Shown: positions 26,265-35,375 of the stretch, in pieces
How the letters are laid out: every line of letters begins with the position of its first letter
How positions within the stretch are numbered: the first letter of the stretch is position 1
Origin: Dehalococcoidia bacterium
GTDB lineage: Bacteria > Chloroflexota > Dehalococcoidia > DSTF01 > JACRBR01
Length of the DNA: 64,000 nt
NCBI GenBank assembly: GCA_038227375.1
Contig: JBBRPY010000008.1
Span: forward strand, 4,178-68,177
Direction of reading: 5' to 3'
Position numbers and translations under genes: made by a program
Notes under the pieces: generated by a model
Seen by the model: the letters and a program-made list of their open reading frames with translations, nothing else
What the model was told of the DNA's origin: nothing
Databases searched by the model: none

Positions 26265-27548
26265 ATGGGCGACGGCATCGAGGAAGACGCGATCGAGGCG
26301 ACGATCCGGCGAGTCGCGGCCGCCAAGGCTGCCCGTTCGGCCCCGGACTCGGAGTCGGCGGCAGAGGTCGCCGAGGCGACCCAGGGGGCCCACGGGGCCG
26401 CGACCGAGGCGCCCGACGCCGAAGCCATCCGCGCGGCCGAGGTCAACCGCGTCGAGACGATGATCCGCCGCGTCGCGAGCGCCAAGGCGGCCCGTGATAC
26501 CGAAGAGCCTGCGGTGCCCCCCGGCGAGCCAGGTGCGACGGCGGCGCCAGCGCTGACCCCCGCCGAGGAGCTCATCGAAGCGACAATCCGCCGCGTGGCT
26601 GACGCCAAAGCAGCTCAACGCCACGATCCCGGGGGCGACGACAACCCCGTGCCCGGGCCTGCGACGCCGGCTGAGGCGACGGCTTCCGGCATCCCGCCAG
26701 ATGGCGAGCCGCGCGCGGCACGGCCCGGCGCGACCGGCCGCGGCTGGCGTCCGGCCGAGCGGACCGCCATCCGGGAATCTGATACTGCAGAAGGCCGGAC
26801 CGGCGCGGCCGAACCCACCGAACCTAGGCGTCCGGCGGAGCCGAGCAGCCCGGCTGAGCGGAGACAACCGGCCGAAGCGAGCGCCTCGGTGACGCCCCCT
26901 ACCGATAGCGGGGCTGGATTCACCCACGAGGACTCGGGCCTAGCGGAGGTGGTTGCAGACTTGCGCCGCGAGCTGGACGCAACTCGAAGGTCGCTCGAAG
27001 CGCTGGTCGCGCGCGTGGACGCGATGACAGCTCCGCCCGGCGCAAGCGCGACGCTCGCCGCGCCGCCGTCGACGCCCGCGGACGAGGACTGGGATGACAC
27101 GCCGACGATCCCTCGCGTCCCGCTCGGTCAGCCGCTGCGGCCCGCGATCTTCCGCGACCCCTCGCCGCGCACGGCGACGGCGGACCAGATCGTCCTGGAG
27201 GACGACGAGGTGGTGATCGACACGCGGCCGATCCCGAAGCCGCTGCCGCCCTTGCGTGCGGAAGCGCGGCGCGGGCTGGACCTGCTGCCGCGCACCTACC
27301 GGGTGACGGTCGAAGACAAGCGTCGCGGGGTCGACCTGGTGCCATTGCACCGGGCGCTGCTGGGGATGGACGGCGTGCGCGATATGTCGCTGCTGAGCTA
27401 CAGCAACGGCGTCGCGATCGTCTCGCTCGATACCCTCGACGAACTGAGTCCCGACGCGCTCTGCGCCGCGATCGCGCGGGCGATGTCCCGAAAAGCGACG
27501 GTCGAAGCCCACAACGAGGCGATGGTCGTCAAGCTGGCAGAGGAGTAG
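26265..27548 (+). CDS. hypothetical protein with three N-terminal tandem repeats of (I/V)E(A/T)(T/M)IRRVAxAKAA(R/Q), acidic/Pro-rich middle, conserved C-terminal domain
   Basis: The repeats are conserved at the amino-acid level while differing at synonymous DNA positions (26287, 26452, 26578), which argues for real coding. GAGGA lies 5 nt before the ATG. Its stop is 11 nt before the start of the GGDEF gene. Confidence 0.55.
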   Translation: MGDGIEEDAIEATIRRVAAAKAARSAPDSESAAEVAEATQGAHGAATEAPDAEAIRAAEVNRVETMIRRVASAKAARDTEEPAVPPGEPGATAAPALTPAEELIEATIRRVADAKAAQRHDPGGDDNPVPGPATPAEATASGIPPDGEPRAARPGATGRGWRPAERTAIRESDTAEGRTGAAEPTEPRRPAEPSSPAERRQPAEASASVTPPTDSGAGFTHEDSGLAEVVADLRRELDATRRSLEALVARVDAMTAPPGASATLAAPPSTPADEDWDDTPTIPRVPLGQPLRPAIFRDPSPRTATADQIVLEDDEVVIDTRPIPKPLPPLRAEARRGLDLLPRTYRVTVEDKRRGVDLVPLHRALLGMDGVRDMSLLSYSNGVAIVSLDTLDELSPDALCAAIARAMSRKATVEAHNEAMVVKLAEE

Positions 27549-27559
27549 CCCAACCAACC

Positions 27560-28753
27560 ATGCGCTGGCTGCCGCTCAACAAGAACAATGGGAAGGGCCT
27601 CGAAGAGAGCCCGGAGCCACTCGTCGCGATCGCGTCGCTGGATGGCGCGCGGCCCGCCGGACGTGAGGGACGTCTCTTCGACCTCGTCATCCTCTCGCTT
27701 TTTCTGCACAGCGCCGGCAGCACGCACGAGATGGTGGGCGCTTTCCTCGAGCAGGCGCCCGCCGTCACGGAGGCGATCTTCGTCTTCCCGATGATCCTCG
27801 ACAAGAAGCGCGACATGCTCTCGGCTGCCGCGCTCGAAGGCGTCGTCGAGCCGCACCTGGAACGCGCCATGGACGCGTACCAGGAGGACCTGACGGCGAT
27901 GCAGCTGAACCTCCCCGCGAGCCACTTCCGGCGGCTGATCCTCGAGGGCGGGGAGGTGGTCGTCCGCGACAGCCTCGCCGACTTCTGGGGCGAGACGATC
28001 CCGGAAGAGGTGGTGACGGCGGCCGAGACGACCCTGGGCATCCGCAAGGTTGCGCTGGTGCCGATGCTCGTCGAGGGCGAGCCGTACGGCGTCGTCGTCT
28101 TCGGATTCGACCGCGAGGATATTGACGCCGAGATCGTCGAGCTGCTGGTGGGGCACTTCACACTCGCCATGCGCGACATCGCGACGCAGGAGGACGCGGC
28201 GCGATTCAATGACATCGACCCGGTGACGTGGGTGTACAACAAGCGCTACATCAGCGAGTCGATGGAAGCGGAGCTGGTGCGTTGCGGGCGTTACGGCAAA
28301 GCGCTGTCGGTCGTCGTCGTCGATCTCGATGACTTTGGCGCGTTCAATGCGCACTACGGCCAGTCGATGGGCGACCGCCTGCTGCGCAGCGCGGCGGTGA
28401 GCCTTGCCGAGGCGATTTCGCCGCCGGAGATTGTCGCGCGGCTGAACGACGACGAATTCGCGGTGCTGCTGCCCGAGACCAACCGGGCGGCCGCCGTCTC
28501 TGTGACGACGCGCCTGCTGGCGAGCCTGTCGCAGGTCTCCGTCTTCGGAGAGGACGGCTCGCCAGAGCCGATGAAGGCGTCGGTGGCGATCGTCTGCTTT
28601 CCAGAAGATGGCACCTCCGCCAAGGACCTGCTCGAGAGCGCGGATGCCGACCTGCAGCAGGCGAAGCGCGAGCGCGAGGAGGCGGCGCGGGCGGGGCCCT
28701 CGCGCGGCGTCAACCCGCTGGCCCGGGCTTCCAGCGACCGGTTGCGCGGCTAG
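27560..28753 (+). CDS. GGDEF-domain protein with degenerate active site (NDDEF instead of GG[DE]EF) and N-terminal sensor-like domain
   Basis: GGDEF-family sequence from VTWVYNKRYI..ALSVVVVDLDDFGAFN..RLNDDEFAVLLPET; GG pair replaced by ND. Confidence 0.75.
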   Translation: MRWLPLNKNNGKGLEESPEPLVAIASLDGARPAGREGRLFDLVILSLFLHSAGSTHEMVGAFLEQAPAVTEAIFVFPMILDKKRDMLSAAALEGVVEPHLERAMDAYQEDLTAMQLNLPASHFRRLILEGGEVVVRDSLADFWGETIPEEVVTAAETTLGIRKVALVPMLVEGEPYGVVVFGFDREDIDAEIVELLVGHFTLAMRDIATQEDAARFNDIDPVTWVYNKRYISESMEAELVRCGRYGKALSVVVVDLDDFGAFNAHYGQSMGDRLLRSAAVSLAEAISPPEIVARLNDDEFAVLLPETNRAAAVSVTTRLLASLSQVSVFGEDGSPEPMKASVAIVCFPEDGTSAKDLLESADADLQQAKREREEAARAGPSRGVNPLARASSDRLRG

Positions 28754-29532
28754 CGTTCGGCCGCCGCTTCGAGCTGGCGGATCACGGCCGGCAGTTCGCG
28801 CAGATGATCGATGACCGCGTCCGGTTGCGGCGTGACTTCCTCGTAGGGCCGGGCCACGTATTGCCGCGTCAGCACGGCGTACATGCCGGCAGCCTTGGCG
28901 CCGGCGATGTCGTGCACCGGGCTGTCGCCGACGAAGACGCCCTGAGATGGCAAGACACGTAGCTCGCTCATCGCCTTCTCGAACAGCGACGCGTGCGGCT
29001 TGCGGAATCCTTCGTCGGCCGACACGACAACGCTGCTCATCAGGTCCTCGATGCCATGCTTGCGCAGCATGACGCGGATCGCCGGTGATCCCGCGAGCGT
29101 GTTCGTGATGCAGCCGAGCCGGTAGCCGGCCTGCGCGAGCGAGTTCAGCGCTTCCGCCGTGCCTTCGGCGCAGATCAGGCTTTCGATCTCCGTCGCGAAG
29201 AGCGGCGGGGTGATCTGGTCGAGCACCTCTTGGTCCAGTTGGAGGCCGAGCGCGCGGCAACCGCGGTCGATCCAGAGCGTCGATGGCGGCTGGTCAAGAT
29301 GCGACCCCTCCGTGAGAGATGCGCCGTCGTTGCTGAAGTAGGTCTCCGATGCTGCGACCAGCACATCGCGCACGGCCGCCTGGAACGCAGCCGCGGCGGG
29401 CAGATCATCACGGCCGAGGCGTTCTGCGAGCACCAACCGCATATCCACGTATGCGGCCCCGAGCGCGGCGGGGTGCGATCCGATATCCCAGAGGGTGTGG
29501 CCGAGGTCGAAGATCACCGCGCGGATCGTCAC
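28750..29532 (-). CDS. HAD-superfamily hydrolase
   Basis: The GTG start overlaps the upstream stop (GTGA). HAD motif I (VIFDLGHTL), motif II (CITNT) and motif IV (VGDSPVHD) are present. Confidence 0.7.
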   Translation of the reverse strand: MTIRAVIFDLGHTLWDIGSHPAALGAAYVDMRLVLAERLGRDDLPAAAAFQAAVRDVLVAASETYFSNDGASLTEGSHLDQPPSTLWIDRGCRALGLQLDQEVLDQITPPLFATEIESLICAEGTAEALNSLAQAGYRLGCITNTLAGSPAIRVMLRKHGIEDLMSSVVVSADEGFRKPHASLFEKAMSELRVLPSQGVFVGDSPVHDIAGAKAAGMYAVLTRQYVARPYEEVTPQPDAVIDHLRELPAVIRQLEAAAER

Positions 29533-30491
29533 TTGCGCGACGGCGCCTCCGCCTCGAACGCCTCGCGCACGATATCGGCCGCGCTCGCGGCGCCGTTCTC
29601 CGAGATCACCGGCGGCGCGGGCTCCGGATCGGGCGAGCGCAAGAGCTGCTGACGGTCGAGGAGATGCAGTAGCCCGCGCATGTAGGTCGCCGCTCGCGGC
29701 ACGGCGGTCTCCGGATCTTCCGCACCCTCGTAGTCCAGGTGCAGGAAGCCCCTGTAGTGGCCGATCTGGAGCATCTGGAGCAATTCTGGCCAGTGGATGC
29801 TCGCGTCGCTGCCGTCGTCGCCGACATCGCGCAGACGCGCGTGCACCTGCACGACCGCCGGCAGCGACGCTTCGATGCCGGTGCGGTCGGCGAGGTCTAC
29901 GGGGTCGAGGCAGATCCGTAGCCACGGCGAACCAACATCCCGCACGCACTGGGCGAGCTGGGACGGCGTGCCCGCGAGCCCGTCCGAGCGGTTGTTCTGC
30001 AGCGCGAGCACAACGCCACGCTCGGCGGCGTAGTCTGCGCACTGCCGCAACGACCACGTGACGTCGGACCAGATGCGGCGGGCGTTCGGCGGCGGTTGTC
30101 CGAATACTTTGCGGAACGTCCCGACAATCCAGCCCGGATCAGGGGCCGCTCGCTTCAATGGCAGCCAGCCCGCGAACACCCGCACGACCGGTGCGCCCAT
30201 GTACGCGGCGATGTCGCACCACTGCTTCACCTTCTCGGTCTCTCGCATGCGGCGGTCGTCGGGTCCGAAGTCGTTGCTGACGGCGATGCCGCTGATCGTG
30301 AGCTGCCGGTCGGTGCAAAGCTTCTTGAGGTCGCGCAGGTACGCCGGGTCCGTCGTCGCGAAATGCAGGTCGACGAATTCGACACCGTCGACCTCGAGGT
30401 CTTCGGCGCAGATGCGCAGCCACTCGATGAGGTCGATGCGTCCTTCGCGGAACGCTGCGTGGTACGACCAGGAACTGCATCCGAGCTTCAT
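29529..30491 (-). CDS. sugar phosphate isomerase/epimerase (xylose-isomerase-like TIM barrel)
   Basis: ATG at 30491 lies 8 nt after GGAGGA. The N-terminus KLGCSSWSY and the overall length are typical of AP-endonuclease-2 / xylose-isomerase-like TIM barrel proteins. Confidence 0.7.
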   Translation of the reverse strand: MKLGCSSWSYHAAFREGRIDLIEWLRICAEDLEVDGVEFVDLHFATTDPAYLRDLKKLCTDRQLTISGIAVSNDFGPDDRRMRETEKVKQWCDIAAYMGAPVVRVFAGWLPLKRAAPDPGWIVGTFRKVFGQPPPNARRIWSDVTWSLRQCADYAAERGVVLALQNNRSDGLAGTPSQLAQCVRDVGSPWLRICLDPVDLADRTGIEASLPAVVQVHARLRDVGDDGSDASIHWPELLQMLQIGHYRGFLHLDYEGAEDPETAVPRAATYMRGLLHLLDRQQLLRSPDPEPAPPVISENGAASAADIVREAFEAEAPSRK

Positions 30492-31306
30492 CAGACGTCC
30501 TCCGGCAGCGCTTGATCCTTCGCCAGCGCCTCGATGCCGCCGTAGCGCGTGCGGCGGAACGCCTCCGCATAGGTGCACGGCAGGCCGGACCGCTGCGCGA
30601 CCGCGCACGCGGCGGTCTTCATTCTTCGCGCGATGGTCTCGTGGAAGTCGTGCGGGTCGAGCTGCGCGAGCCAGGGCAGGTTGAGTCCGGAGGCGCGGAG
30701 GCTCTGTTGCATGTCGCTGATCGTCAGCACCATCTGCGCCTCGTGCTGATAGAGCGCCTGGATCTTCCGGTCGATGTAGCCGTCAATGTCGACGTACTTG
30801 TTCTGGCCGCGCGGCGCTTTGGCGAAGTACCACTGCTCGCTCACATAGTGCGGCGCCAGCCCTTCATCGATCTGCTCCGGGTAATAGAGGGGGAAGTGCG
30901 CGAACGTTGCCGCTTCACTCGCGGCGACGGCAACAGCACGATGGTCGGCGTGGTTCTCGTTGGTGGTGAAGGGATCCCACGTGAAGACGATGTCCGGCTT
31001 GATCTCGCGGATGATCCGCATGCACTGCCCGCGCAGCGCATCCGGCGTCGCCTGGTGCGTGAGGTCGCCGTCGGAGTATCCGAGCGGGATAACGCGGCCG
31101 ATGCCCAGCACGGCGGCGGCGCCGTTGATCTCTTTGTCGCGGACAGCCCGGAGTTCAGCTGCGGAGAGCTCGAACGAGCCCTTGTCGTTGTCCGTGGCGA
31201 CGACGAGCGACACCTCGTGGCCGAGGGCGCAGAACTTCGCGATCGTGCCGCCGGCGAAAAACTCCATGTCGTCGCCATGCGCTTCGAAGACCAGCACCCG
31301 TTTCAT
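30491..31306 (-). CDS. PIG-L/LmbE family N-acetylglucosaminyl deacetylase
   Basis: N-terminal VLVFEAHGDDMEF (the AHPDDE-type zinc motif) and a conserved HxDH are present. The stop overlaps the downstream ATG (ATGA). Confidence 0.8.
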   Translation of the reverse strand: MKRVLVFEAHGDDMEFFAGGTIAKFCALGHEVSLVVATDNDKGSFELSAAELRAVRDKEINGAAAVLGIGRVIPLGYSDGDLTHQATPDALRGQCMRIIREIKPDIVFTWDPFTTNENHADHRAVAVAASEAATFAHFPLYYPEQIDEGLAPHYVSEQWYFAKAPRGQNKYVDIDGYIDRKIQALYQHEAQMVLTISDMQQSLRASGLNLPWLAQLDPHDFHETIARRMKTAACAVAQRSGLPCTYAEAFRRTRYGGIEALAKDQALPEDV

Positions 31307-31341
31307 GCGGCCATTCTACGCGCAGAACCCGCCGTAGGTCA

Positions 31342-31899
31342 TCAGTCCTCGCTTGTCGCGGTGAGCGCCTCGTGCCCCTGGCTGCGCTCGCCCGCTGCCG
31401 CCTCGCGACCGAGCGCCCACAGCGCCTGCGGGTCGGCGATGTCGACGCGCCGCAGGTTGCCGGCCCCGAGCCGGCCAGCGAGCGCCGCATACTGCTCGGC
31501 GAAGCGCGATCCCCACGCCTGCAGGTAGACGACCTCCCGCACGTTCGCCTGAAGGACCTCCTTCAGACAGCCGAAGCACGGCTGCAGCGTCGTGTAGAGG
31601 CTGCAGCCTTCGACCGCGACGCCGAAACGCGCGGCCGCCAGAAGCGCGTTCTGCTCGGCGTGGACGCAGATGCAAAGGTCGTACCCCTCACCCGGCGGGT
31701 ACTCCCGCGGGTGCGCGCAGCGATGACAGCCGCCGTCCTCGCAGTTGCGCACTTTCGAGGGAGTGCCGTTGTAGCCGGTGCTGAGGATCCGGAAGTCCCG
31801 CACGATGATCGCGCCGACGCGCCGTCCTGTGCAGTTCGCCCGCGCCCGGACGGCGAGGGCGATGCCCATGAAGTAGGCATCGGGATCAGGGCGGGGCAC
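31342..31899 (-). CDS. dCMP deaminase / cytidine-deoxycytidylate deaminase family (ComEB-like)
   Basis: Zinc motifs CVHAEQNAL and PCxxC (LQPCFGCL) of the CDA fold. Confidence 0.85.
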   Translation of the reverse strand: MPRPDPDAYFMGIALAVRARANCTGRRVGAIIVRDFRILSTGYNGTPSKVRNCEDGGCHRCAHPREYPPGEGYDLCICVHAEQNALLAAARFGVAVEGCSLYTTLQPCFGCLKEVLQANVREVVYLQAWGSRFAEQYAALAGRLGAGNLRRVDIADPQALWALGREAAAGERSQGHEALTATSED

Positions 31900-32326
31900 T
31901 GAGGTCCGTGACCGAGAGGTTGCTGACGCCGGGCAGCACGATCGTGCCCGCGGTCGGATTCTCGAGCTGGAGGTTTCCGCCGCCGTAGGTGACGACGACC
32001 GGCTGGCCCAGAAAGCGGTCGGCGATCGACTGGGTGATCATGTGCGAACAGTCCATCGAGCCGATCAGCGCTTCCAGATTCGTGCGAAGGGTCACCTCAC
32101 CCTCCCGGCAGCTCAGCGCAAGCAGCGACCGCACGTTGGTGACGACGGCGGTGCCGCCGGCGGAGCGCTCGATCTTGCCGATGGTCGCGCCGTCGGCGAG
32201 CGGATGTGTGGCGGTGCTGCTCTTCTTTGCGGACGAGTTCGAGCCGCACGCCACCAACGCGCCCACCGATAGCGCCAGGGCCACCGTCGCGAGAAGCAGC
32301 AACGGTCTGCGAGCGGCATCGCTCAT
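31886..32326 (-). CDS. lipoprotein, hypothetical
   Basis: ATG at 32326 lies 7 nt after GAGG. A signal peptide with the lipobox LVAC|GS is present. The rest is a small secreted domain. Confidence 0.55.
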   Translation of the reverse strand: MSDAARRPLLLLATVALALSVGALVACGSNSSAKKSSTATHPLADGATIGKIERSAGGTAVVTNVRSLLALSCREGEVTLRTNLEALIGSMDCSHMITQSIADRFLGQPVVVTYGGGNLQLENPTAGTIVLPGVSNLSVTDLSAPP

Positions 32327-32334
32327 CGATCGCC

Positions 32335-33249
32335 TCACGCCGCCGCCACGCGCCAGTCGAGCGCCAGCTTCACCGCCCCGATGACCTGCGCGTCTTCTCC
32401 GAGCGCGGAGAGGATGATCTTCGGCTTGCCCGGCATGCACCGTAGGGCCATCTCCCTAATTGGCGCCAGGAAGGACTCACCCTGGGCCGCCGCCATGCCG
32501 CCGCCGAAGATGATCGCCTGCGGGTCCAGCAGCGATGCCACGGACGCCACCGCCATCGCGAGGTAGTCCTGAGTCTCGGCGAGCCATGCGGCAGCGGCTG
32601 CTTCGCCCGCGCGGGCGGCGTCGAAGAGGTCCGCGGTGGTGGCCCGCTCGCCGACGAGCTCGACTGCCGTGCGCGCAGCCGCCCTGCCGCCGACGTGTCC
32701 TTCGAGGCAGTGCGCCCAATCGCCTGCGTGCAACTGTTCGCGCGTCACCGGAAAGAAGGCTAGCTCGCCCGCCAGGAAATGGGCGCCCCGGTGCAGCCGC
32801 CCGTCGAGCACGACGCCGCTGCCGATGCCGGTGCCGAGCGCGATGAAGACGTAGTCGCTCAGGCCCTTCGCCGCGCCCAGCCACCCTTCCCCAACCGCCG
32901 CGGCATTCGCGTCGTTCTCGAGGGCGACAGGCACGCCGCGCGGGGTGCCGAGGAGCCGGCCGAGGGCAACATTGTCCCAGCCCGGCATGTTCGCGATCGA
33001 GTCGGCGGTGCCGGCGTCCGGGTCGATGGCGCCCGGCAGCGCGACGCCGATCGCCGCCACGCGGGCGCCCACCCAGACGCCGCGCACCAGCTCGTCGATC
33101 GTCCGGCCGATCTTCTCGATCACGTCCTCCGGCGGGCCCGGGGGGAGCGGACCCGCGCGCCGGGCCTCGACCTCACCCTCCTCGTTGGCGATGACGACGC
33201 GCACGTTGGAGGCGCCGAGATCGACGCCGGCGACGAATCCTTGTGGCAT
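32335..33249 (-). CDS. ROK-family sugar kinase (glucokinase-like)
   Basis: The N-terminal ATPase motif VAGVDLGASNVRV and ALENDANAAA..GIGSGV are typical of ROK kinases. The zinc motif is partly degenerate (HCLEGH). Confidence 0.8.
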   Translation of the reverse strand: MPQGFVAGVDLGASNVRVVIANEEGEVEARRAGPLPPGPPEDVIEKIGRTIDELVRGVWVGARVAAIGVALPGAIDPDAGTADSIANMPGWDNVALGRLLGTPRGVPVALENDANAAAVGEGWLGAAKGLSDYVFIALGTGIGSGVVLDGRLHRGAHFLAGELAFFPVTREQLHAGDWAHCLEGHVGGRAAARTAVELVGERATTADLFDAARAGEAAAAAWLAETQDYLAMAVASVASLLDPQAIIFGGGMAAAQGESFLAPIREMALRCMPGKPKIILSALGEDAQVIGAVKLALDWRVAAA

Positions 33250-33381
33250 GCCGGTAGGGTACCGGCGTCGCAAGGGCGGAGACAGCTAGACGTGCCGATT
33301 CGCGTGTGGCGTCTGTGATGCGGGGGCGGGGTGGCGTGCGTTCCATATGATAGATTTGAGTCAACAGTTCTTGCGGGGCCT

Positions 33382-34494
33382 ATGCTCGACATCTACCTGC
33401 TCACGCTCGCCCTGTCGATCGTCATCGGTACGGTGTCAACGATCGGGTTGCTCGCGCTCTCGCGGACCGAGCGATTCGTCACCCTCTTTCACGTACGTGG
33501 CATCACTGAACGCCCGCGTTGGGGCGGGCTCGTCTTCCTGATCACATTCGCGCTCACGCCTTTCCTCGCCTCTGCGCTGTCGAGCCACGCGAACGAATTC
33601 TTCGCGCCCAAGTCGGGCAGCTTCCTCGGCTTGCTGGCGGCGACGGCGCTGGTGTTTCTCGTCGGGTTTTTCGATGACATCCGCCTGGCCAGTCCGACGT
33701 TGCGCTCGATCGTGTTCGTTACCGGCGGCGTCGCGGCGTACGCGGCGGGTTACCGCATGGATGATATCGGGCTGCCGGTGGGCGGGAATATCCACCTCGG
33801 CTTCGCGGGCCCGTTCGTCACTGTCGCCTGGATATATGTGGTGACGAACGCGGTCAATTTCATCGATGGCCGCGATGGCGTCGCGCTCGGGGTCGCAATC
33901 TTCGCCTGCGTGACGATGGCGCAGATCGGGGCGCACTCATCGCACCCAACGGTCGCACTGCTGCTCGTCGCGCTGGGCGGTGCCGGCCTCGGCTTCCTGC
34001 CCTTCAACCTGCCGCCGGCCTCGTCGTACGTGGGCGATTCTGGCGCGTACGTGCTCGGCTTCGTCCTCGGCACGCTTTCGATCCGCGCATCGACGGGGCC
34101 GACAAACCAGATCTTCATCGCCGTACCGCTCGTCGCGCTCGGATACCCGATTCTCGACGCGGTTCTGGCGGCGGTGCGCCGCGTCCTCCAGCACAAGCAT
34201 CCGATGATCGGGGATGAAGACCACATGCACCACCGGCTCGAACGCCTGGGGGCGGGTCCGCGCGGCATGCTGGTGATCATCTATGGCCTGACGCTGATCT
34301 TCTCTACGGTGGCCATTCTGGTGCACTACATCGCCGACACAGCGGTCCAGGGAGCGCTGTTCATGGCGATGATTGTGACCGTGTCCGTTCTGCTGCTCCG
34401 GCTCGGATACATCGTCACACTCTGGAACAGCCGCAGCATCGTCTGGCTTCGCCAGCACGTCGTCGCCACCAATGGCGGCGATCGTCACGACTGA
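33382..34494 (+). CDS. polyprenyl-phosphate N-acetylhexosamine-1-phosphate transferase (WecA/TagO/MraY family, GT4 initiating transferase)
   Basis: 10-11 TM helices; DDxxD-type loop and NAVNFIDGRDG motif diagnostic of MraY/WecA family. Confidence 0.85.
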   Translation: MLDIYLLTLALSIVIGTVSTIGLLALSRTERFVTLFHVRGITERPRWGGLVFLITFALTPFLASALSSHANEFFAPKSGSFLGLLAATALVFLVGFFDDIRLASPTLRSIVFVTGGVAAYAAGYRMDDIGLPVGGNIHLGFAGPFVTVAWIYVVTNAVNFIDGRDGVALGVAIFACVTMAQIGAHSSHPTVALLLVALGGAGLGFLPFNLPPASSYVGDSGAYVLGFVLGTLSIRASTGPTNQIFIAVPLVALGYPILDAVLAAVRRVLQHKHPMIGDEDHMHHRLERLGAGPRGMLVIIYGLTLIFSTVAILVHYIADTAVQGALFMAMIVTVSVLLLRLGYIVTLWNSRSIVWLRQHVVATNGGDRHD

Positions 34495-35375
34495 CGGCGC
34501 GTCTTCCGGCTACCCACGCGGTCACGAACGCCATTCGCACCGAGGATCCCCAGGCAGCGAACGACGATGCCCGCCGCCGTGGCGATGTCGCGCACGGCGC
34601 CACCTCGCAGATGCTTCCGGTAGTAGCGCCAGATGCTCCGGTGGCGCGCGATGACCATCCGCGGCGACGTGCTCTTGCTGACGCCGATTTTGTGGAACAA
34701 CTGGGCGTCTGGTTTGTACACGACGCGATAACCACGGTCGTGCAGCCGGCGGCATAGGTCGACGTCCTCGTTGAACATGAAGAAGCCACTGTCCCAGCCG
34801 CCCAGCTCGTCGAAGACGGCCCGGCGGAGCATGAGGGCCGCACCCGAAACCCAATCGACGTCGCGCGTCGTCGTGTGGTCGAAGTCCGACATCAGGTAGC
34901 GAGCCGAGGCGCGGTTGCGGGGGAAGAGCCTGGTCACGATCGAATAGCGGTTGAACAGCACGGTGGCGTAGCCCGGAAACGAGCGGCAACTGAGCTGCAG
35001 CGTGCCGTCTTCGTTCAGCAGTTTCGGCGCCACGATCCCGGCATCGGGATGCTCCTGGAGATACGCCGCGAGTGGTGCGAGCACATCAGACTCGATCCTG
35101 ATATCGGGGTTCAGCACGGCGATGCAGTCGCCCGTGCTCATCCGGACGCCGTCGTTGATCGCAGCGGATAGCCCGGAGTTCGATCGTCGCCGCAGCAGGC
35201 GCACCCACGGATACCGCTGCGCGACGAGCTCCGGCGTGCCATCGGTGGATGCGTTGTCCGCCACGATGACCTCGTACGCGATGCCGGCCGTGTGCGCGCG
35301 GAGCGAAGCGAGGCAGGCGGGCAGGTCGCGGCTCGAGTTGTAGGTGACGAGGACGACGGACACGCGCGGCATCAT
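34485..35375 (-). CDS. family-2 glycosyltransferase
   Basis: GT-A fold signatures SVVLVTYNS, DNASTDGT and the DxD region are present. It is the last gene of the minus-strand polysaccharide operon. Confidence 0.8.
   Translation of the reverse strand: MMPRVSVVLVTYNSSRDLPACLASLRAHTAGIAYEVIVADNASTDGTPELVAQRYPWVRLLRRRSNSGLSAAINDGVRMSTGDCIAVLNPDIRIESDVLAPLAAYLQEHPDAGIVAPKLLNEDGTLQLSCRSFPGYATVLFNRYSIVTRLFPRNRASARYLMSDFDHTTTRDVDWVSGAALMLRRAVFDELGGWDSGFFMFNEDVDLCRRLHDRGYRVVYKPDAQLFHKIGVSKSTSPRMVIARHRSIWRYYRKHLRGGAVRDIATAAGIVVRCLGILGANGVRDRVGSRKTRRQS

Noticed and set aside
25686-26927. Upstream part of track ORF 25329..26927
   Set aside because: It is out of frame with aroQ and overlaps it. Only the 3' 118 codons (25329..25685) form a plausible gene coupled to the aroQ stop.
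27398-29260. 620 aa minus-strand ORF
   Set aside because: It is antisense to the GGDEF-domain gene and the HAD gene. The plus-strand products carry recognisable domains.
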